In this document: piece by piece, positions 13,119-25,559 of the stretch
Layout of the letters: each line of letters opens with the position of its first letter
How positions within the stretch are numbered: position 1 is the first letter of the stretch
DNA from: Leptogorgia sarmentosa
Taxonomy: Eukaryota
Direction of reading: 5' to 3'
Assembly: GCA_964658305.1 (NCBI GenBank)
Contig: OZ210885.1
Span: forward strand, 20,770,001 to 20,834,000
Length of the DNA: 64,000 nt
The notes under the pieces: model-generated
The model's input: only the letters and a program-made list of their open reading frames with translations
Told to the model about the DNA's origin: nothing
The model's database searches: none
Made by a program: the position numbers and the translations under genes

Positions 13119-15360
13119 TGATACTAAATGATACTGAATGACGCTAAATGATATTGAATGACACTAAATGATGCTGTATGATGCTATATGATACTAAATG
13201 ATACTGAATGACACTGAATGATGCTGTATGATGCTATATGATACTAAATGATGCTGTATGATGCTATATGATACTAAATGATGCTGTATGATGCTATATG
13301 ATACTAAATGATACTGAATGACACTGAATGATGCTGTATGATGCTATATGATGCTGTATGATACTAAATGATGCTGTATGATGCGATATGATACTAAATG
13401 ATATTAAATGATATTAAATTACACCAAATGATGCTCTATGATGGTATATGACACTAAATGATTCTGAATGACGCTAAATGATACTAAATGACACTAAATG
13501 ATGCTGTATGATGCTATATGATACTAAATGATATTGAATGACACTGAATGATGCTGTATGATGCTGTATGATACTAAATGATATTGGATGACACTAAATG
13601 ATGCTGTATGATGCTAAATGATATTAAATGACACCAAATGATGCTCTATGATGCTTTGATACTAAATGATATTGAATGACACTTAATGATGCTGTATTAT
13701 GCTATATGATACTAAATGATACTGAATGACGCTAAATGATATTGAATGACAGTAAATGATGCTGTATGATGCTATATGATACTTTATGATGCTATATGAT
13801 ACTAAATGATATTGAATGACATTAAATGATGCTGTATGATGCTATATGATACTAAATGATATTGAATGACACCGAATGATGCTGTATGATACTAAATGAT
13901 ACTAAATGATATTGAATGACACTAAATGATGCTGTATGATGCTAAATGATATTAAATGACACCAAATGATGCTCTATGATGCTTTATGATACTAAATGAT
14001 ATTGAATGACACTAAATGATGCTGTATGATGCTATATGATACTAAATGATATTGAATGACACTAAATGATGCTGTGTTATGCTATATGATACTAAATGAT
14101 ACTGAATGACGCTAAATGATATTGAATGACACTAAATGATGCTGTATGATGCTATATGATACTAAATGATACTGAATGACGCTAAATGATATTGAATGAC
14201 ACTAAATGATGCCGTATGATGCTATATGATACTAAATGATATTGAATGACATTAAATGATGCTGTATGATGCTATATGATACTAAATGATATTGAATGAC
14301 ACCGAATGATGCTGTATGATACTAAATGATACTAAATGATATTGAATGACACTAAATGATGCTGTATGATGCTAAATGATATTAAATGACACCAAATGAT
14401 GCTCTATGATGCTGTATGATGCTAAATGATATTAAATGACACCAAATGATGCTCTATGATGCTTTATGATACTAAATGATATTGAATGACACTTAATGAT
14501 GCTGTATTATGCTATATGATACTAAATGATACTGAATGACGCTAAATGATATTGAATGACAGTAAATGATGCTGTATGATGCTATATGATACTTTATGAT
14601 GCTATATGATACTAAATGACATTAAATGATGCTGTATGATGCTATATGATACTAAATGATATTGAATGACACCGAATGATGCTGTATGATACTAAATGAT
14701 ACTAAATGATATTGAATGACACTAAATGATGCTGTATGATGCTAAATGATATTAAATGACACCAAATGATGCTCTATGATGCTTTATGATACTAAATGAT
14801 ATTGAATGACACTAAATGATGCTGTATGATGCTATATGATACTAAATGATATTGAATGACACTAAATGATGCTGTATGATGCTATATGATACTAAATGAT
14901 ACTGAATGACGCTAAATGATATTGAATGACACTAAATGATGCCGTATGATGCTATATGATACTAAATGATATTAAATGACACTAAATGATGCTGTATGAT
15001 GCTATATGACACTAAATGATGCTGTATGATGCTATATGACACTAAATGATGCTGTATGATGCTGTATGATGCTAAATGATACTGAATGACACTGAATGAT
15101 GCTGAATGACACTGAATGATGCTGTATGATGCTATATGATACTGAATGACACTGAATGATGGTGTATGATGCTATATGATACTAAATGACACTGAATGAT
15201 GCTGTATGACACTAAATGATGCTGTATGATGCTATATGATACTAAATGATACTGAATGACACTGTATGATGCTATATGATGCTGTATGATGGTAAATGAT
15301 ACTACATGATACTGAATGATAGGGAATGATGCTGTATTATGGTATATGATGTATAATGAC
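13119..15360 (+). repeat. 10-bp tandem array, consensus ATGAY(A/G)CT(A/G)(A/T), about 2.2 kb
   Basis: Strict 10-bp register of atgatactaa, atgatgctgt, atgacactaa and atgatattga units, with one 1-bp slip near 13657. Confidence 0.98.
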
Positions 15361-15957
15361 GTCTATCAAGGTATAATAAGAAGTGTGTCGTTCCTTTATT
15401 GGTGTATGTAGGACATGGAATTACCACCTTTTCCTTTTCGAATTTTCCACCATCTTGGATTATTACTAAATAATAAATAATAATAAGCCCACTGTATGCC
15501 TCATTATCATTTATCATTCAGTCAGTGGTAAATTCCATTGGGGGTATGGTTAATCACCCGATCCGAACGTTGTACCTAATAAACTAATAGATATTATATG
15601 CACATTGTGTCCAATAAGTTATTAGGAATTGTTAACAAGACACTTGTGTACTCCAAATTGCACATTCGTATACCAGAGTACAACGAATAGCAAGATCCCT
15701 CCGTGCTCCTTTCATACTGGATTATACTGCTACAGGTACATAATATTACTATACAATTGTGGTTCAATAGTGGTGTTTTTATATTCCGAGCATTTTAACT
15801 AACCGAATAGAATTGAACGGTATGAATCTATTTAAATTAAAATTTATATTGTGGATTCCACCACCATCATGACGTTTTTAATATCTGAAGCAGGTGCTGC
15901 GCTAGACACTGCGGAATATTGTGCGCATCAAATCGGTGATTATGTATGTACATAATA

Positions 15958-16365
15958 ACCGTATTTAGCTAAAAAGACGAAAAATTCGACTGGGACGAAT
16001 TCTTCGACTGAATCAAATAATTTGTTAAAGTAAATCCGGAGACGAACTTAACAGTCGCACTCAACATACCCTGTTTAGTTCGTCTTTTTAGTGCGTCGTT
16101 TCGACGCACTTAACAAACGAATTATTCGTCTAAGACCAATAATTCGTCTGGGTAAATACGAGACGCTAATATCACACTCGTACTAAAGATCAGTTGTTGA
16201 ACTGAAGTACGAAATATACCAAATATTCCTATTGATCCAGACTTCTGAATCGAATCGTGACCAAAACAAACACAAAAAACCGACGTGTGGTTCGTCTCGT
16301 GTTTAGCAAGGCTAGTCGAATAATTCGTCCTAGACGAATTATTCATCTTTCTGGCTAAATACGCT
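15958..16365. mobile_element. MITE with ~50-bp imperfect TIRs, Harbinger-like
   Basis: cgtatttagctaaaaagacgaaaaattcgactgggacgaattcttcgact pairs with agtcgaataattcgtcctagacgaattattcatctttctggctaaatacg. TSD unresolved. Confidence 0.75.
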
Positions 16366-17266
16366 TAATATTAAATCTATTTTCTTCCATCACCACAAGT
16401 GAATACTTCGAAGAATATAGAGCCGAATTTAGTATTACATAGCTAAGCATTGATTTATCGGAACGCACATGTATATTTTGATATAGTTAAAACGTTTTTC
16501 ATAGTAAGCCGTCCTGCCTGCATTAACCCATTCATTGCATTAGCTATTGTCATACAGTATGTTTGAGATAATTAAACAGTTCTATTTTAGCATTCTGCTT
16601 TAATGTTTATACCGTTATAGCACTTTATAGTTCTTTGGTGGTAAGGATCTCAGTAACAAAAGCAATTAAACACAGAATTCGTACATTTCTTGAAAGTTCT
16701 TTTGAAGTTAGTTACAGAAAGCAAAATAGTGGGGATTTGCCATTATCCCCTATTAGCTAGCTACTGAAACTTGAAAAAGGCCTTTGCTTGAATCATCAAT
16801 ACTGCCAATACCCTATCAATTAGTTAAAAAAAATAATTAAGCCTGTTTCATGGCATCTTGCAGTAAATAGAAAGTAAGCTTTTGGATTGAATTTGTTTAT
16901 GAATTCATATATTTGTATGCCTGAAAATTGAAATGAAAATTGAAAATCCAATACAGATCGCATAGATATAGTTACAAATTGGGTAAAATTTGACAGTTGC
17001 ATAAATACAAATGTTTTTCACTGGCTTTTCTCAGTGTAAAAGTTGTACATGTCCACGTTGATATATAAATGCATGTATTACTGTAAGCTCCTCAATTACT
17101 CTTCCTTTGACCTTATACTTGGACCCACGTGTTAGACAATAAACAGTCAGAACATATATTTAAGGTTACATATATTTTGACAACAGCATTACAGTTTGAT
17201 GGGTTAACAGGACACTTTAGTTACGTATAAAATTTATGTAATTTGAGACTGCATGATGATTTATAT

Positions 17267-17351
17267 TAGTATGTAGAAACAATTTGTGGAAACATGTAAA
17301 ATTGTCAAAATAAAAATTTTACATGTTTCCACAAATTGTTTCTACATACTA
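17267..17351. repeat. perfect 37-bp inverted repeat with 11-nt loop
   Basis: tagtatgtagaaacaatttgtggaaacatgtaaaatt at 17267-17303 and its exact reverse complement at 17315-17351. Confidence 0.95.
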
Positions 17352-17527
17352 TTATGTATAAAATTATTGGAAAAAGTCTACCTACACTCATTACTGGAAA
17401 AGGTCCACCACAAAAGGGTTGAAAACATTTATACTTACTGCATAGGTATTTGAATTACGGTACGTATACATTTTCGGCAAATTTATGTTGAATGATTAGC
17501 GAACATTATTCATTTGCATGCAATACC

Positions 17528-17682
17528 TGTAACGATATTTATATCGTTGACATCACGTGTAGGTCACGTGATGGAACACAAGCGACTAGCATATATTTTA
17601 TATATACATGTTTGATATTGTTTGCAGACTAGAGTATTTTCATTAAAATACGAATATCGCAACATGGTGTCAGGTGTAGGAT
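17528..17682 (+). mobile_element. short 137-bp LTR plus primer-binding site, Gypsy-like
   Basis: TGTAACGATATT..AATATCGCAACA inverted ends (17528-17664) followed by TGGTGTCAGGTGTAGGAT, resembling a tRNA-Leu PBS. Confidence 0.7.
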
Positions 17683-18335
17683 CTGATTTGTCCCACAAGA
17701 CATTGGTCGACCCATTTCTCGTTTTGATTTTCTGGATCTGCAAGAGGCAAGTACAGTTGGATGGATCACCACAAGCAGCGACAAGACCCCTCTTTCATTC
17801 CATGTGAATAGTTTTGTGACGTGTCCATTTGCATTCATTTTCACCGCAGGTTTCCTTTCTCTTGAATTCCGCTAGTCGGTGACCAACTCTCAGGCCTGAC
17901 AAACACGCTGACTTATCCTTGAGCAAGTTAATTCTCTCTTCAGCCGACTTGGAGAGGTAAAGATTGCATGTATCTGTCCAGTGACCACTGTTGGGATGAA
18001 ATAGACACTTGCTTTGTGGGAAATTGGTGTCTTTCTGCTGCCCCATATTACTTTCATCACTGTAGCTATCTTCCTCTAATTTCTCTCTCGCAGTAAGGTT
18101 GAAGGTATTGCTTCGTAAGCTACCGGAATCATACTCAATTGCTCTCTTACAATTGAGCAGAAATTGTAGGAGGCTTGGCAATTTATTTCTCTTGTCGACT
18201 TCGCTTGCATCAAAGCTGACTAGCTTAGCCCACTCCTTTCACACATCGTTTGGTAATTTCTTCTCTATTATGCTCACCGAGCTCATCGTAGTGATCTCTT
18301 TTTCTAGACCGAGTCTTCACAAATCTTGATAAGCT

Positions 18336-18737
18336 TATAACGGCGTGTGTGTGTGTGTGCCGTGAAACCTTTGCTTGCTTGTCCTACGACTTCTACGGTG
18401 GAAATTGCTGTTTTATCAGTTTTAATCCATGAAAACCCATCAAACTAAATAACATACAAGATTACACTAAATTATACAATTACACACAAATATATAAAAC
18501 TATCTACATACAACACAATACAAGTACCTATAATGTTACTAATACGCTTGAAACAAGAACTTACGTTTGTGTAGGGACACTGAAGCTAAACTTACATAAC
18601 AATACGAGGACTACAACAATATTACGAATTTTACAAGCCAACGAAAAGTACCTTTCTTCCTTCGCGATCACGCCCCTATTTTTATATAAAGTTTAATATT
18701 AACCAATATTGTTAATTTCAAAGCAGAAGCCGTTACA
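18336..18737 (-). repeat. 3' LTR (402 bp)
   Basis: Direct repeat of 24153-24550; reads TGTAAC..GTTATA on the minus strand. Confidence 0.97.
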
Positions 18738-21700
18738 TGGCTCCCCTAAATGTACTCACATTTACTTAAAGTTCTACGATGCATGCGTCAACTAAGGTTC
18801 TTTACTGTTCTAATGGCTCTCTCGGTGGGGATTCTTCTTGGTCTTCTTCCTTTTCCACTATCAGAGTTAGTTTGGTAATCGGTCTTCGAAGCGTGACTCG
18901 TTTCCCATTTCTCGTAAGTAGCAGCTCGACCTTGCGGACCAGACCGTCTTTGCTTGGTAACACCTTGGTTATTCTGGCTAGTGGCCACTTGTTTCTTGGA
19001 AGATCTTCGTCGTGAAGAAGGACTACATCTCCAACTTGAGTGTTTCTTTCTTGAATGTTCCATTTCTTTCTTTTGTGTAGCAGCGTACAATATTCTCTTC
19101 TCCACCTATTCGAAAATTGATTTGCTAAATATTGGACCCTGCGCCATCGTTTCCGGGAATATAAATCAGGTCGTTCAAAGTTCCCTGGAGGAGATAATAC
19201 AACGGTAGACTTCATTGTCAACAATTGATTTGGCGTTAAAGGTGCGGGTGACTCTGGATCTGACAGATCTTCGACTGTGAGAGGCCGACTGTTGATGATG
19301 TTTTCTGCTTCGGTGAACAGAGTGCATAATGATTCATCTATTTGTGTGCCCAATTCGTGCAGTAATGTAGCGAGAACTGAACGAACTGTTCTGATGAGGC
19401 GTTCCCATATTCCGCCCATATGAGAAGATTTCGGAGTATTCATATTGAATTCTATCCAATCACAATCATTCTTCTAGAGGTATTCGTGGATGCGTTTATA
19501 GTCGAGTTCGTCCAGAGCTAACCTCAGCTCGTTTTTGGCACCAACAAAATTAGTTCCCTGATCCGAACGCAATTCGCGTACCTTTCCGTGTCGATTAACG
19601 AACCGTCTTAAAGCGTTAATAAATGAATTGGTTTCCATTGAATTGAGCGTCTCGAGATGTACAGCACAAGAACATAGACATGTAAAGATCAAACCATATC
19701 GTTTCAGGGTTTTCCGTCCTTCTTTGATGTACCACGGACCAAACATGTCCATCCCGGTATACGTAAACGGCGCAGATGGTTCTAAACGCTCTTCGGGGAG
19801 GTCGGACATCTTTTGTGTGAGGCTTGTGCGACGTAACTTGCGACATGTGACACATTTTGAGATATGGTGTGCTACAACAGATCTTCCGTTGGTTATCCAG
19901 TAACCAGCTTGTCGGATCGCATTCAAGGTAATTCTGCGACCTTGATGATGTACAATATTCTCATGGAAATGGCGAACAATCAAATCCGTGATGTGGCTTC
20001 TTTTGGGGATAACCACAGGGTGTTTAACGTCATAGGGAAGAGATGCTCGGCGAATATGGCCACCGATTCGCAGCAGTCTGATTGAGTCGATGAATGGGTC
20101 CAGTCTGTAGAGGGTACTCGTTTGCTTCACTTGGCTGTTCCTGCGACGAGCATCCTTTCGATCTTCAAATCTGCTCTCGTTACCTGGAAGATTTTGAAGA
20201 ACTTTAATTTCTTCAGCATAATAGCGGTACTGGAGGCTTCGTAGGATGACGATCTCTGATTGGTTTAGTTCATCAACATCTGGTGCTGTCGTTCCGGTTT
20301 TTTCCAGAGGAGTGCAGTTGAGAGACTTGTCTGCGATAGGCTGCTTCAAACGTTGATTTCTGCGCCGTTCAAGACTATGGACTCCTCTCTTGATCTGGCT
20401 CAACCATCTCTTTGCCTGATACCACAATGAGAAACGATCGAAATATTTCAAATCCAGCTCGCATGGACGTTGGTGTGGAATGACGTTTGTTGCTTGCTTC
20501 TCGTTTTGGGGTATCACGACGTTGGAGAGGAATGACGACGAAGTACCGTTGGTTTTTACTTCTACATCACCTTCCTTCAGCTGCGTTCGACTTTCGTTTA
20601 CTACCGTTATTTTCTTTGCCCACAAGAACGATGGACCTTTGAACCATTTCTGATTGTCGAATATTTCTCCCACGGCAAGTCCACGAGAAGCTTCGTCGGC
20701 CGGATTGTCCTTTCCAGTGACGTGGTGCCATTGTTCTGGTTCGGAGCGATCACGAATACGCTGAACTAATTCGTTATTGATATAACCCAACACGACTTCC
20801 GAGTCTGTATAAAAAAGAGTTCGGAGGTTTTCATAATTCAGTTCATTCTTTAGCATGGTCGTCACGTTGACTGCTACAACTGCTGCAGTTAGTTCCAGAC
20901 GTGGAATGGACATTGGCTTTATAGGCGCAACTCGCGATTTGGCCATTAAAAAGCTGACATGAACTTCATTCCGAACATTAACCATTCTTAAATACGATAC
21001 TTCGCCAATTCCTTTTTCACTTGCATCAGCAAAACTGTGGATCTCGATTTTGGCAGGATCTCCGAACTCGGGTGGTTTGAGACATCTTGGAAGTTTAACT
21101 TTCTCTAAGAGGGGTAGTTCGTTACGCCATCGTTCCCATCACATTAAGATGTCGTCATGTAATGGATCGTCCCAATCCACGTTCTGATTGCCGACTAAGA
21201 TTACTGGTGAAACAATACCGAGGGGGTCATAGACCGAACTGATCGTGGAAAGGATGCCGTGACGCGTGGCTGGTTTATCTTTCAACTCTATACGACACCC
21301 GAGAGTATCGGACTCTATACACCAGAACGTTCCTAACGATCGTTGGATTGGCAAAACATCATGACATAAATCAATGTCTTTAAGATTTTTAGCTCGATCA
21401 TTTGCTGGTAAGGCTTCCAGAACTTCTCTTCGATTACTGGCAAACTTATGAAGACGTAAATTAGCCCTCGCACACATTGCTTGGGTCGATTGGATCAGAT
21501 TAATAGCTTCGTCGTTGGTAGGTAGAAATTAGCGACGCCAGGAGAGGACGTAGCACCGAAGAGATGTACATTCATTCAACATTCCACTATCGTACCATCC
21601 AGGTTGTTATCTTTGAACCACAAGAAACGGAGGTAATCGCGATGCTCCGGAATAACATAGAAACTGTGGAACATCTGTTCGATGTCGCAGGTGACGGCAA

Positions 21701-24152
21701 CATATTCCTTACGAAATCTCAGAAGCCCGCCGATCAGGCTGTTCATCAAATCTGGTCCTTGAAGCAGAAGCTTGTTGAGGGAGTGACCATCGAAAACGGC
21801 GCTGCAATGAAAAACTACCCTGATTTGTTCAGGTTTTTTAGTGTGGTGAACATCGAAATGCGGAAGATACCATACTTTGTTAGGTGGTGTTTGCAATTGA
21901 TCTTTCGGTACGTAGGAAACGTGGCCCTGATCGAAAACCTTCGCCATCAATTCTGTGTAATCTTTCTCGACTCTCTTGTTCTTAAGTAGCTTTCTTTTCA
22001 GGGATAAGAGACGTTTAAGGCATTGCTCTTTGTTATTAGGAAGGTTAACGTTATCAGTTTTGAATGGAAGCGGTGCTTCCCAATTTCCCTTTCCGTTTTT
22101 GTGCATCTGAGTCCCGAGAATGTCATTGAAACGTCTATCTTCAATTGACTCTACTTGTTCGGTGCTACGGACCTTTCGGCTGTAATTTAACTCGCTGTAG
22201 TCGAGCTCCGTCATCTCTCGTACTTGTTGAGGACTCGTAACATCTTTCTTAGTAGAACTATTTGCAATGAAAGATATTGAATGATGATTCTTTTCTGCAA
22301 CTGTTGGTTCTGTGATGTTTGATTTGATCGTCGAATTATAGTCCAGAAGTTGTTCTCTTTGAACAGACACTCTGTTGACTGACGCTTTACGCTCTTCTGG
22401 CCTTTGGTTGGCGCCATTCAGACAAACCGGTCCAATAATAGTCCAACCAAATTTATACTCTTCTGCCCACGGTTCTCCATCGTCCCCACGGATGACGCTT
22501 AGCGGTTGAAAGGCTGTCGGGATGTTTCGACCGATGAGCATACCGATCTCTACATCTGGTTGGTAATGAATCTCATTTGCTATTTCTTGTAAGTGCTCCC
22601 ACTGTCTTGCCACAGCCGGTGTTGCTATGTCGTAATGGTTGGCTGGAATACAATCTCTGGCGTAGGCAAAGGGGACCTTTATTGGAGAATGTTCGCCGCG
22701 GATATCTTGGATACATAGTCCGGATGTCTTCTTAGTTCTAATGGTGTTCGTCCCAACAATGGTATTCACTTGTAAGTTTACTTCTTGACCTTCAACACCT
22801 AACTGGTTGAGGAGGTGATCTGAGTTCTGACATATCACGATCACTTGAGAATGGATTCTGGTAACTACTCTGAGAAACATCTTGTACACTGGTGGAGGCT
22901 GTTGCTGTAGGTGATGCGTTCGTACTGAAAACTGCCATTCTGGGTATAAAGGGGGTGAATGTTGTCCGAGTGCTCGTCGTTGATGTTGGGGTGGACGCGG
23001 TGGCGAAACTGGAGTCATTAATGGTTGCTGATATTGTTGTTCGAGGTGACGCAGGTGATGTCTGGTTAGCATTGTCGTTTGTCGTGTTTGAGGATAATGT
23101 CGTACCGGGATTGTAAACGCTCGTTGTTGGTGTTAGGGACAGTGGAATATGGTTGCTGTTAACGACGACGTTATGGGTGGTCGTATTTGGAACGGAGATC
23201 TCTACGTGCGGAGTAGATGGTGCAGTCGTTGTTGCATTGACTGTTTTAAACGTTTCTTCTCGCGTCGGTTGAGACACTAGCATATCTGGAGACTGTCCAC
23301 TGTTCAGGAATTGATGCATGGTGGTGAATGAATCTTTAGGTAAGTGGAATATGGGATCAACGATGGATTCTTCACTTACTTCAGCCTTATAGATTGCTTC
23401 TTCGGTTAAAGTCTCACTTATTTCTTGCTCGAGTTTTAACTTAGTGAGCGTTTTCTCCTGTTCCTTGATGACGTCTGTGAATTTCAGTCTTTCTTGCAAA
23501 ACAGCTTTTCTTGCTTTAATACTGATTAATGTATCTTTTGTGCTCGCGGAGGAGTTTTGCAATGATCGGCGTGAACGGATTGATTTTTGAGTGCCACGCG
23601 ATGAAATAGATCTCGTATCTTCTTCTTCTAACTCCCGAAGGCGTTGTTGAGCGTATTTGAGCAGTCCTTCCGGTTCTTCCCAGATTGCTTTTATCTCATT
23701 CTGGGCCTCTGTTATACTACTCGACTCCAATGGGTCTACAACTAGCTGTAGATATTCTTCAAAGGCATGCATAACTACTTCGTACTGTTCTATCTTCGTT
23801 TTCAGTTTGTTTTTAAGTTCATCTTGATTTCGCGTGGTAGCTATTGCGATCCTGAAGTCGGCCAACGCATTACTAAATTCCTTCGCTTTAGACATTGCGG
23901 CTTTTCGTTTCATTGTTTTCGTGTATTCGAGACCTTTTTGCGTCATCGTTCGTTTACGAGTGTCCTGTACGGGCTGTACCCAATCGCTATAATCAGTTTG
24001 GCTAGAAACTGTCTGATCAACTTCAAATTCAAGCAAATTTTGAGAGAAAATATTGAGTTTCTCTTTCGACCAAGACATGTTGACAAGTATTGACTAGACG
24101 TTGTATGAACACGATGCACAACTTGGAATAACAAAAACTCACAAACTTTGAC

Positions 24153-24550
24153 TATAACGGCGTGTGTGTGTGCCGCAAAACCTTTGCTTGCTTGTCCTAC
24201 GACTTCTACGGTGGAAATTGCTGTTTTATCAGTTTTAATCCATGAAAACCCGTCAAACTAAATAACATACAAGATTACACTAAATTATACAATTACACAC
24301 AAATATATAAAACTATCTACATACAACACAATACAAGTACCTATAATGTTACTAATACGCTTGAAACAAGAACTTACGTTTGTGTAGGGACACTGAAGCT
24401 AAACTTACATAACAATACAAGGACTACAACAATATTACGAATTTTACAAGCCAACGAAAAGTACCTTTCTTCCTTCGCAATCACGCCCCTATTTTTATAT
24501 AAAGTTTAATATTAACCAATATTGTTAATTTCAAAGCGGAAGCTGTTACA
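24153..24550 (-). repeat. 5' LTR (398 bp)
   Basis: Differs from the 3' LTR by 7 substitutions and two GT microsatellite units. Confidence 0.97.
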
Positions 24551-25559
24551 AAGTTTCTTCTACGATATTAACAAAGTTGATAAATTTCTTATGTTCTCCT
24601 TCCTTGATGACTTTTACTTCTTTAATGCTTTCGATGACTACGTCCACAATCTTCACTGGATCTCCATATTTCTCATCTAAACGGTTTAACATCTCCGTTA
24701 TGTCATCCTCTACACTCTTTACAGTATTGAGAGGCTCTTTGCTAAGACATGATCTCAGGGTGTAAGCAGCAGACTCTTTGGGCAGTCCTGGTAATACTTG
24801 CTGCTCAAAGTCCTTCTTAAAGCGAGGATATTGTCTAATGTCCCCATCAAACGTTGGTATTTTCAGTTTTTCCAATCTGAGGTTACAAGATTCTTTATTT
24901 TTGCTCGTTGACTCTAGATTCCTTTCTTTTTCCTGTTGTTTTGCAATAGTAACTGCAATTCTTGATGTTATTGGCATTATACTCCATTTGGATATCTTTC
25001 TTCCAATTAAACTCCGCATCTGTTGTGTTCTTATCGAGCAGTTCAAGATATTTATCATTAGCTTCCTTGCAGTCGGCCAGTGCTGCATCTAATCCTTCTT
25101 GGGCCTTTTTGAGAGCGACTGTGGCACAATCTATTTCCAATACTGGTTTCACATCCTCTACCAACTGTAGAAAAACAATTTCACTGGTTTTCCTCTTTAT
25201 TGTCATTTGCTGAGTCATCCTTTCCATTTTTTCCTGGTCTTTCTTTGATGGCTCTAAAAGCTTTTCTTCATCCATAGCTCTTTTATCGGCTGCGACTTTT
25301 TTAAAAAAAGAGAACACATTCTACGGAAACATTCTCGTTGATTAGAAACCCCCTTGTCATTTAAGACATGAAACATAAATGAATACACTGGTATTGAGTG
25401 GAAACTCAATTGGCCATTCGTAAAAGGAATGGAATGAGAACAGTGGTCAGTATCATTTATAAAAAGCAACTCATGATCATTTCTTCTTGCTGCTTAGTGC
25501 CAATACAAGCCAGTTTCACAAATGTAATTACAATCATTTTGTGATAAATAATTGGATTC

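Larger units (their letters stand above)
18336..24550 (-). mobile_element. BEL/Pao LTR retrotransposon with both LTRs, internally deleted
   Basis: Paired LTRs, 5-bp TSD AAGCT/AAGTT (one mismatch), PPT-like TTTAGGGGAGCCA. Pol motifs WYLPHF, LLQGPDL, CDIEQMF, IPRLEL, NPADEASRG, SDQGTNF, GGIWERLIR. Confidence 0.97.
17690..25270 (-). mobile_element. outer BEL/Pao element (gag to protease start), split by the insertion at 18336-24550
   Basis: LEKLKIPTFDGDIRQYPRFK..LDEKYGDP gag and zinc knuckles. Removing the insertion restores the frame IVEEAYQDL*RLGLEKEITT. Confidence 0.88.

Noticed and set aside
13119..15360. CRISPR array or coding repeat
   Set aside because: No unique spacers or cas genes, and the 10-bp period puts stops in all frames.
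22792..24078. mucin-like Thr/Ser-rich host protein
   Set aside because: It is the N-terminal gag region between the BEL LTRs.
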